IMG/VR virus record: IMGVR_UViG_3300042471_001635
Reading direction: 5' to 3' (one strand)
DNA length: 10,259 nucleotides
From: a virus
Taxonomy: Duplodnaviria; Heunggongvirae; Uroviricota; Caudoviricetes
Position 1 is the first letter of the stretch. Every line of letters begins with the position of its first letter. The translations under genes were made by a program, and so were the position numbers. Under the pieces are notes generated by a model, which saw nothing but the letters and a program-made list of their open reading frames with translations, was not told where the DNA came from and did not search any database. Shown here in pieces: positions 1 through 7,260 of the stretch.

Positions 1-2
1 CC

Positions 3-3000
3 TCAGGAACATCCGGCACAACGGGTACGTCTGGTACATCAGGAACATCCGGTACAACTGGAACTAGCGGTACCTCAGGAACTTCTGGTACAACTGGAAC
101 CAGTGGAACTTCAGGTACATCAGGCACATCAGGAACATCAGGTTCTTCAGGAACAAGTGGTACAGACGGAACTTCGGGTACTACTGGAACATCAGGCACA
201 TCAGGTACGAGTGGTACAACTGGTACTTCAGGTACAAGTGGAACTTCTGGTACAACTGGAACTAGCGGTACATCAGGTACGAGTGGTACAACTGGTACTT
301 CAGGTACAAGTGGAACTTCAGGTACAACAGGAACCTCAGGAACATCTGGTACAACAGGTACAAGTGGTACATCAGGAACGTCTGGTACTACTGGAACATC
401 TGGTACAAGTGGTACATCAGGTACATCAGGTACATCAGGTTCTTCAGGGACGAGTGGTACAGACGGAACCTCAGGCACAAGTGGCACATCTGGTACAACA
501 GGAACAAGCGGTACATCCGGCACGAGTGGAACAACTGGTACGTCAGGTACTTCAGGTACAAGTGGAACAACAGGTACTAGCGGAACTTCAGGTACATCTG
601 GAACTACAGGAACAAGCGGAACCTCAGGAACTTCCGGTACTTCAGGAACATCTGGTACTAGCGGAACCTCAGGAACAACTGGTACAAGTGGAACTTCTGG
701 TACAAGTGGTACATCTGGTACAACAGGTACGAGTGGAACTTCAGGTACTTCAGGAACATCTGGTACAAGTGGTACGTCTGGAACAACAGGTACTTCAGGA
801 ACATCTGGTACAAGTGGAACATCAGGAACATCAGGTACTTCAGGTTCAAGTGGAACGTCAGGTTCTTCAGGAACTTCAGGTTCAAGTGGAACATCAGGTT
901 CTTCAGGAACTAGTGGGTTTAGTGGTGTGTCAGGTGGACGAACCCTCTATATGAACTATAGTGTAAACACTAGTTCTGCAATAGGTACTCCAACGTATAA
1001 ACAATTGGGAGATTTCATTTCAGCACCTTTACAAACAATTTCAACAGGTTCAGTTGCAGGAGGAGTTACGGTCACAGTTGCAAGTTTTGCAACAGACACT
1101 GGAGTTCCAAATAATCCTGTGTTTGACGGAGGTATGTATACAGCTTTCTTGCATTTTCAATCAAATAACTCTTCAGCATGGGTATTTTATGTTGAATTTT
1201 ATACATACACAACAGGAGGAACCGAAACTTTAGTCTTCTCAACCTCTGAAACACCTTCTATATCGAGCAGTTCAATACAAATGTACATTGCTGATGGATT
1301 TTACAGTGGTAGTACAATTAATACTTCAGATAGAATTGTTGCTAAGGTTAAAGCTAGAAATACAGACGCACAGGCACATACATTAACATTCTATACAGAG
1401 AACAATCAGTATTCATATCTTTCAACTCCTTTAGCAGCAGTTGAAGGAAGTTCAGGAACATCAGGAACTAGTGGTACATCAGGTTCAAGTGGAACCTCAG
1501 GTACGTCCGGTACTAGTGGCACAAGTGGTACGAGTGGTACTTCAGGAAGTAGTGGTACTTCTGCAACATCAGGAAGTGCGGGTACTTCAGGAACATCAGG
1601 TACAAGTGGCACATCAGGAACATCTGGTACAACAGGTACAAGTGGTACATCAGGAACCTCTGGTACAACAGGTACAAGTGGTACATCAGGAACCTCTGGT
1701 ACTACAGGAACCTCCGGTACATCAGGAACTTCTGGTACGACTGGAACCTCAGGTACATCAGGAACTTCTGGTACGACTGGAACTTCAGGCACTTCAGGAA
1801 CTTCAGGTACAACTGGAACCTCAGGTACTTCGGGAACATCAGGTACGACTGGTACAAGTGGTACTTCAGGTTCTTCAGGTACGAGCGGAACAGATGGTAC
1901 TTCAGGAACAAGCGGAACATCTGGTACAACTGGTACAAGCGGTACATCAGGAACTTCAGGTACAACTGGTACTTCAGGAACAAGCGGAACATCTGGTACA
2001 ACTGGTACTTCAGGAACAAGCGGAACATCTGGTACAACTGGTACTAGTGGAACTTCAGGGACATCAGGAACATCAGGTTCTTCAGGAACAAGCGGAACGG
2101 ATGGTACATCAGGAACAAGTGGTACATCAGGTACTTCAGGCACTTCAGGTACAACGGGTACCTCAGGAACTAGTGGTACATCTGGAACGAGTGGTACAAC
2201 AGGAACAAGCGGTACATCAGGAACGAGTGGTACAACAGGAACAAGTGGTACATCGGGTACTTCAGGTACATCAGGTTCTTCAGGAACTAGCGGTACGGAT
2301 GGAACTTCAGGAACAAGTGGTACTTCAGGAACATCAGGTACAACTGGAACAAGCGGTACATCAGGAACATCAGGTACAACAGGTACTAGTGGAACTTCAG
2401 GGACTTCAGGTACAACAGGAACCAGTGGTACTTCAGGTACTTCAGGTTCTTCAGGAACTTCTGGTACAACAGGAACATCAGGAACGTCTGGTACAACAGG
2501 AACATCAGGAACGTCTGGTACAACAGGAACATCAGGAACTAGCGGAACTTCAGGAACCTCTGGAACTTCAGGTTCTTCGGGAACTAGTGGTACAGACGGA
2601 ACATCTGGTTCAAGTGGAACATCTGGTTCAAGTGGTACTTCAGGTACAACTGGAACATCGGGTACAAGTGGAACGTCAGGAACATCAGGAACATCAGGTT
2701 CTTCAGGAACAAGCGGAACGGATGGTACATCAGGAACAAGTGGTACATCAGGTACTTCAGGCACTTCAGGTACAACGGGTACCTCAGGAACTAGTGGTAC
2801 ATCTGGAACGAGTGGTACAACAGGAACAAGCGGTACATCAGGAACGAGTGGTACAACAGGAACAAGTGGTACATCGGGTACTTCAGGTACATCAGGTTCT
2901 TCAGGAACTAGCGGTACGGATGGAACTTCAGGAACAAGTGGTACTTCAGGAACATCAGGTACAACTGGAACAAGCGGTACATCAGGAACATCAGGTACAA

Positions 3001-5486
3001 CAGGTACTAGTGGAACTTCAGGGACTTCAGGTACAACAGGAACCAGTGGTACTTCAGGTACTTCAGGTTCTTCAGGAACTTCTGGTACAACAGGAACATC
3101 AGGAACGTCTGGTACAACAGGAACATCAGGAACGTCTGGTACAACAGGAACATCAGGAACTAGCGGAACTTCAGGAACCTCTGGAACTTCAGGTTCTTCG
3201 GGAACTAGTGGTACAGACGGAACATCTGGTTCAAGTGGAACATCTGGTTCAAGTGGTACTTCAGGTACAACTGGAACATCGGGTACAAGTGGAACGTCAG
3301 GAACATCTGGAACGACGGGTACTAGTGGAACTTCAGGAACATCAGGTACTACAGGAACGTCAGGTACTAGCGGAACTTCAGGAACTACTGGAACATCAGG
3401 AACAAGTGGAACATCAGGAACATCTGGTACAACTGGAACAAGCGGAACCTCTGGTACTACAGGAACAAGTGGTACTTCGGGAACTAGTGGAACTTCAGGA
3501 ACATCTGGCTCATCAGGAACGAGCGGAACGGACGGAACATCTGGTTCAAGTGGAACATCGGGAACATCAGGTACTTCAGGTACGACAGGTACAAGTGGTA
3601 CTTCAGGAACTACTGGAACATCAGGAACAAGTGGAACATCAGGTACAAGTGGCACTAGTGGTACAACAGGAACAAGTGGTACATCTGGTACTACAGGAAC
3701 AAGTGGTACATCTGGTACTACAGGAACAAGTGGTACAAGTGGAACCTCAGGTACAACTGGAACAAGTGGAACGTCTGGTACAAGTGGTTCATCAGGAACA
3801 AGTGGAACGGATGGTACATCTGGAAGTTCAGGTACTTCAGGTACATCTGGAACTTCAGGAACAACAGGTACATCAGGCACAAGTGGTACTAGTGGTACAA
3901 CAGGTACTTCAGGTACATCTGGAACTTCAGGTACGACAGGTACTTCAGGTACATCTGGAACTTCAGGAACAACAGGCACATCAGGTACAAGTGGTACTAG
4001 TGGTTCATCAGGAACAAGTGGTACTGATGGTACATCGGGAACTTCAGGCACATCGGGAACCTCTGGAACAACTGGAACAAGCGGTACTTCAGGTTCAAGT
4101 GGAACATCAGGTACAACTGGAACAAGTGGTACTTCAGGTTCAAGTGGAACATCAGGTACATCAGGTACAACTGGTACAAGTGGCACTTCTGGAACTACGG
4201 GTACATCAGGTTCTTCTGGAACAAGTGGTACAGATGGGTCTTCAGGAACTTCAGGAACAAGTGGAACTACAGGTACTTCTGGCTCATCAGGTACGTCAGG
4301 TACAAGCGGAACTACAGGTACTTCAGGAACAAGTGGTTCATCAGGAACATCTGGTTCATCTGGCACTTCAGGTACTAGTGGAACGACAGGAACATCAGGT
4401 ACTACCGGTACATCAGGAACAAGTGGTTCATCAGGAACATCTGGCTCATCTGGTACTTCAGGTACTAGTGGAACGACAGGAACATCAGGTACTACCGGTA
4501 CATCAGGAACAAGTGGTTCATCAGGAACATCTGGCTCATCTGGTACTTCAGGTACTAGTGGAACGACAGGTACATCAGGTACTACGGGTACATCAGGTAC
4601 TACGGGTACATCAGGAACAAGTGGTTCATCAGGAACATCTGGCTCATCTGGCACATCTGGAACAAGCGGAACGACAGGTACATCAGGTACTACGGGTACA
4701 TCAGGTACTACGGGTACATCAGGAACAAGTGGTTCATCAGGAACATCTGGCTCATCTGGCACATCTGGAACAAGCGGAACGACAGGTACCTCTGGTACTA
4801 CGGGTACATCAGGTACTACGGGTACATCAGGAACAAGTGGTTCATCAGGAACATCTGGCTCATCTGGCACATCTGGAACAAGTGGAACGACAGGTACCTC
4901 TGGTACTACGGGTACATCAGGTACTACGGGTACATCAGGGACAAGTGGTTCTTCTGGTACCTCTGGAACAAGTGGAACATCGGGTACATCAGGAAGTTCA
5001 GGTCTTGGTACAATTAACAACAATGTAAACAATTATGTTCTTACCGCGACTGGGACCGCAGGAACTATAAACGGCGAGGCAAATCTACAATTTGACGGTA
5101 CAACATTATCTGTTACGGGCGATGCTACGATTACAGGTTCACTAACAGCGGCATCCAAGTCATTTGACATCCCACACCCAACAAAAGAAGGATATAGATT
5201 AAGATACGGTGTGTTGGAAGGTCCTGAACACGGAGTTTACCACAGAGGTAAAGCTACAAGCGAAATAATTGAATTACCTGATTATTGGAGTGAATTGGTA
5301 GACCTTGAAACAACAACAGTTCATCTAACACCTATCGGAAAGTCAAACGACCACTTCGTGGTGAAAGTTGAAGAGAACACAGTTGTGATTGGCTCTGAAA
5401 CAGGTGAAATAAACGCTTACTTCATGGTTCAAGCTGAACGTAAAGACGTGGAAAAGGTCTTGTTAGAGTACAAACCGAATAAATAA
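3..5486 (+). CDS. Giant Gly-Thr/Ser triplet-repeat (collagen-like, proline-free) fibre or surface protein, 5'-truncated by the window edge (at least 1827 aa)
   Basis: Reading codons from position 3 (tca gga aca tcc ggc aca...) gives no stop up to 927, and 3 and 927 share a frame. The ORF-track start GTG at 927 lies inside ...GTS-GFS-GVS-GGR. Stop TAA at 5484-5486. Synonymous third-position variation across the repeats supports this frame as the coding one. The fibre role is inferred from the G-X-Y tracts and the C-terminal domain. Confidence 0.9.
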   Translation, partial: SGTSGTTGTSGTSGTSGTTGTSGTSGTSGTTGTSGTSGTSGTSGTSGSSGTSGTDGTSGTTGTSGTSGTSGTTGTSGTSGTSGTTGTSGTSGTSGTTGTSGTSGTSGTTGTSGTSGTTGTSGTSGTSGTTGTSGTSGTSGTSGTSGSSGTSGTDGTSGTSGTSGTTGTSGTSGTSGTTGTSGTSGTSGTTGTSGTSGTSGTTGTSGTSGTSGTSGTSGTSGTSGTTGTSGTSGTSGTSGTTGTSGTSGTSGTSGTSGTSGTTGTSGTSGTSGTSGTSGTSGSSGTSGSSGTSGSSGTSGSSGTSGFSGVSGGRTLYMNYSVNTSSAIGTPTYKQLGDFISAPLQTISTGSVAGGVTVTVASFATDTGVPNNPVFDGGMYTAFLHFQSNNSSAWVFYVEFYTYTTGGTETLVFSTSETPSISSSSIQMYIADGFYSGSTINTSDRIVAKVKARNTDAQAHTLTFYTENNQYSYLSTPLAAVEGSSGTSGTSGTSGSSGTSGTSGTSGTSGTSGTSGSSGTSATSGSAGTSGTSGTSGTSGTSGTTGTSGTSGTSGTTGTSGTSGTSGTTGTSGTSGTSGTTGTSGTSGTSGTTGTSGTSGTSGTTGTSGTSGTSGTTGTSGTSGSSGTSGTDGTSGTSGTSGTTGTSGTSGTSGTTGTSGTSGTSGTTGTSGTSGTSGTTGTSGTSGTSGTSGSSGTSGTDGTSGTSGTSGTSGTSGTTGTSGTSGTSGTSGTTGTSGTSGTSGTTGTSGTSGTSGTSGSSGTSGTDGTSGTSGTSGTSGTTGTSGTSGTSGTTGTSGTSGTSGTTGTSGTSGTSGSSGTSGTTGTSGTSGTTGTSGTSGTTGTSGTSGTSGTSGTSGSSGTSGTDGTSGSSGTSGSSGTSGTTGTSGTSGTSGTSGTSGSSGTSGTDGTSGTSGTSGTSGTSGTTGTSGTSGTSGTSGTTGTSGTSGTSGTTGTSGTSGTSGTSGSSGTSGTDGTSGTSGTSGTSGTTGTSGTSGTSGTTGTSGTSGTSGTTGTSGTSGTSGSSGTSGTTGTSGTSGTTGTSGTSGTTGTSGTSGTSGTSGTSGSSGTSGTDGTSGSSGTSGSSGTSGTTGTSGTSGTSGTSGTTGTSGTSGTSGTTGTSGTSGTSGTTGTSGTSGTSGTSGTTGTSGTSGTTGTSGTSGTSGTSGTSGSSGTSGTDGTSGSSGTSGTSGTSGTTGTSGTSGTTGTSGTSGTSGTSGTSGTTGTSGTSGTTGTSGTSGTTGTSGTSGTSGTTGTSGTSGTSGSSGTSGTDGTSGSSGTSGTSGTSGTTGTSGTSGTSGTTGTSGTSGTSGTTGTSGTSGTSGTTGTSGTSGTSGSSGTSGTDGTSGTSGTSGTSGTTGTSGTSGSSGTSGTTGTSGTSGSSGTSGTSGTTGTSGTSGTTGTSGSSGTSGTDGSSGTSGTSGTTGTSGSSGTSGTSGTTGTSGTSGSSGTSGSSGTSGTSGTTGTSGTTGTSGTSGSSGTSGSSGTSGTSGTTGTSGTTGTSGTSGSSGTSGSSGTSGTSGTTGTSGTTGTSGTTGTSGTSGSSGTSGSSGTSGTSGTTGTSGTTGTSGTTGTSGTSGSSGTSGSSGTSGTSGTTGTSGTTGTSGTTGTSGTSGSSGTSGSSGTSGTSGTTGTSGTTGTSGTTGTSGTSGSSGTSGTSGTSGTSGSSGLGTINNNVNNYVLTATGTAGTINGEANLQFDGTTLSVTGDATITGSLTAASKSFDIPHPTKEGYRLRYGVLEGPEHGVYHRGKATSEIIELPDYWSELVDLETTTVHLTPIGKSNDHFVVKVEENTVVIGSETGEINAYFMVQAERKDVEKVLLEYKPNK
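6..914 (+). repeat. Coding Gly-X-Y tract 1 (at least 101 triplets of GTS/GTT/GSS/GTD), open at the window start
   Basis: Gly codon every 9 nt from 6 to 915; the register continues through GFS, GVS and GGR to about 941. Confidence 0.95.
942..1445 (+). other. Non-repetitive, probably beta-rich globular domain (~168 aa) between the two repeat tracts
   Basis: TLYMNYS...YLSTPLAAVE, with alternating hydrophobic/aromatic and polar segments (MYTAFLHF, WVFYVEFYTY, RIVAKVKARN, LTFYTE). The fold is not identifiable by eye. Confidence 0.65.
2061..3307 (+). repeat. Perfect 621-bp tandem duplication (2061-2681 and 2682-3302, match extends to 3307)
   Basis: Line-by-line comparison shows identity including synonymous positions; flanking mismatches at 2060/2681 and 2687/3308. 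Confidence 0.9.
4331..4950 (+). repeat. Higher-order tandem array: two 90-bp units then four 108-bp units
   Basis: The anchor aagtggttc recurs at 4331, 4421, 4511, 4619, 4727, 4835 and 4943 (spacings 90, 90, 108, 108, 108, 108). Confidence 0.9.
5004..5483 (+). other. C-terminal domain of the fibre protein: short beta-repeat stalk plus a 'KSFDIPHP...LEGPE...LPDYW...AERKD' module of the kind seen at phage fibre C-termini
   Basis: Motifs NGEANLQFDG, SKSFDIPHPTKEGYRLRYGVLEGPEHGVYHRG, IELPDYWSELVD, TVHLTPIG, VQAERKD. Recognised from memory of phage fibre-like proteins, not from a database search. Confidence 0.55.
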
Positions 5487-5491
5487 AATTG

Positions 5492-5521
5492 AAAAGGGAA
5501 GTGAAAACTTCCCTTTTTTTT
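5492..5521. terminator. Bidirectional intrinsic (Rho-independent) terminator between the convergent genes
   Basis: Perfect 11-bp inverted repeat AAAAGGGAAGT (5492-5502) / ACTTCCCTTTT (5507-5517) with a GAAA (GNRA-type) loop. The T run at 5514-5521 serves the + strand, and the A-rich 5' flank gives a U tail on the - strand. Confidence 0.88.
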
Positions 5522-6191
5522 ATCTATTATCTATGTAAATTATAATTTCAGTAAAAACATCAATGAACTCATCAGTCCAAAATTTTTCTTCAATATTCAG
5601 TCCATTCCAAGACCTGACCTTAAAATTTGGGAAAATCCTCAAATAAGTATCTCTGAAAATTCTGAATTTGGTTTTCAATTCTGGAGTTCTCAAATGCCAT
5701 TCTCCTACAATTTTTCTGACATTTGATTTTATCCAAAATAAGTTTTCAATATTAAAAATATCATATTCGCCACCCTCACAATCAGTTTTCAAAAAATCAA
5801 TTTTGGAAATATTGTAATTTGAGATTACAGATTTGAATGTGGTTGAATATAGTTTATTTTTGTCTTGGTTTTCAAAAACAAATTCAAAATTGAATTCACC
5901 ATCAACATTAGAGATACCTTTATTAATTTGTGTAACAGGACCGAAGTTAGTGTTCTTAACAAGTGTAACAAATTCGGCTAAAGAGGGTTCAAACGCAAAA
6001 ACATGAGAAGGTTTTTTATCCAATATAGAGAAAGTAAAAGGACCCAAACTTGCTCCTACATCAAAAACAACGTCCCCTTGTTCCACCTCAAAGTATTTTT
6101 CATATAGATTATCTATAAAAATTTCTTTATAAACGGTCTCTTTGAAACCCTCATAACACTGAGGTTCCCAAATGAAATTTTCTAAATTCAT
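5520..6191 (-). CDS. FkbM-family (Methyltransf_21) SAM-dependent methyltransferase, 223 aa
   Basis: Motif I DVVFDVGASLG, then VFAFEP and IDFLKTDCEGGEY, which match the FkbM family pattern. Its ATG overlaps the upstream TGA (ATGA at 6191-6188). Confidence 0.88.
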   Translation of the reverse strand: MNLENFIWEPQCYEGFKETVYKEIFIDNLYEKYFEVEQGDVVFDVGASLGPFTFSILDKKPSHVFAFEPSLAEFVTLVKNTNFGPVTQINKGISNVDGEFNFEFVFENQDKNKLYSTTFKSVISNYNISKIDFLKTDCEGGEYDIFNIENLFWIKSNVRKIVGEWHLRTPELKTKFRIFRDTYLRIFPNFKVRSWNGLNIEEKFWTDEFIDVFTEIIIYIDNR

Positions 6192-7260
6192 AATAAGTGT
6201 TGAATTTGTTTGATTAACATTTCTGATGTTATTGATTTATGACATTCAAAATGTCTCTCAGTACCTTTATGTACTGGGCACCAATCCCAATCACCCTTAT
6301 CAAAAGAAAATTCAGGTTTATTCCAACAACCATTACAAACTGATAAGTTTATAATTCTTGTACAGTTTGATTGGAATTCGTGGTCAGGGGTGGTGAAATT
6401 ACTTATCATCACAACATGTTTACCCATCCCCCAAGCAAGCCAGCTTAATCCACTCGATAGTCCAATGAAAAATTCGCTATGATGAATAACATTCATTGTA
6501 TTTTCCATTGAGGTATCAGTAATTCTAATTTGGTTTTCAAAGGGATTGTTTTCTTTGGAAACATTTACCACTTTATAACCTAATGATGTTAGATAATTTA
6601 TGGTTTCTTGCCAACCTTCTCTTGTCCAAAACTTACATCCCGCAGTAGAATTGGTGGCAATTGTCACATACTTATCCGCATATGGTCTTTCTTTAATTTC
6701 ATAATGTATCTTTGGTTGTATTTCTTTGAATTCTAATCCAAGAATATCAGTTGCAGTTTGTTGTAAAGGAATTAGGTTAGGTTTCGTAGGTTGCATATCT
6801 ACGTTATAGAACCAACCAAGTTTATACATTCCGTGAATATTATTCACTACAGTTCCAGGTGTTACAAATATCACATCAGGGTAAACAGATTCAAAAAGAT
6901 GATTCCAAAAAGTTGAAACAACTACCTCACAATTATTATGTTTTCTAAATTCTTCAACATATGGAACCCATGAAATAGTATCACCCAAAGACTTGGAATC
7001 AAATGCGATGTAAACACGTTTACCTTCATAGTTCAGGGTGTTTTCATAAACCAAATTGTCATTTTCCCATACTTTGGTATTCCATCTTGTAAAATACTGT
7101 CTGTTAAGTTTAACCCAACTATTAATCGGTAGTAGGTTTTCATAATGTAAAACCCCTTTCTCATCAAAAAACTGAACTTTGAACTTATTCTCACTTTTAC
7201 CTTTAATTTCGATAAAAGGTTGATTTATGAAATATTGTGTAACTGACAATTTGCTCTTAA
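6188..7260 (-). other. Autotransporter heptosyltransferase (BAHT; TibC/Aah-like, GT9-related) domain with iron-finger motif
   Basis: N-terminal beta subdomain followed by SKSLGDTISWVPY (Asp at 6980-6982), STAGCKFW (Lys at 6632-6634), EFFIGLSSGLSWLAW, MISNFT and C-x2-C-x15-C-x11-C (Cys at 6337, 6328, 6280, 6244). Confidence 0.85.

Larger units (their letters stand above)
1446..5000 (+). repeat. Coding Gly-X-Y tract 2: 395 triplets (1185 aa) of almost only Gly, Thr and Ser, with 11 Asp and 2 Ala
   Basis: 3555 nt / 9 = 395. Gly at every third residue except one Gly-to-Ala at 1563-1565 (GTS-ATS-GSA). No Pro. Confidence 0.95.

Noticed and set aside
927-929. GTG start assigned by the ORF track
   Set aside because: The frame is open upstream to position 3 with the same repeat; this codon is an internal Val.
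103-954. 283-aa + strand ORF (Q/V/L/E/H-rich)
   Set aside because: Shadow frame of the GTS repeat. Shifted codons begin with G or C, so stops cannot arise, and the ORF closes as soon as the repeat ends.
915-1446. The two G-X-Y tracts share the same 9-nt register across the globular domain
   Set aside because: One-in-three chance coincidence, and register has no meaning across a folded domain.
388-4179. Short - strand ORFs 388-570, 658-894, 1072-1254, 1702-2037, 2584-2775 and 3997-4179
   Set aside because: Antisense by-products of the fibre gene with low-complexity M/Y/L/F/Q translations and no independent signals.
1446-5000. CRISPR array, ice-nucleation protein or DGR interpretation of the repeats
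   Set aside because: There are no unique spacers, no AGYGST-type 16-residue units, no adenine-specific template/variable pair and no reverse transcriptase in the window.
1441-5028. 1195-aa + strand ORF (EHQVLQ-like repeats)
   Set aside because: Same shadow effect. Its limits coincide with tract 2, and the variable wobble base falls at its second codon position.
1406-5032. 1208-aa - strand ORF of VPD/VPE/VPL repeats that looks elastin- or extensin-like
   Set aside because: The reverse complement of GGN/ACN/TCN/AGY necessarily reads CCN/GTN/GAN/CTN with no possible stop. It has no unique domain.
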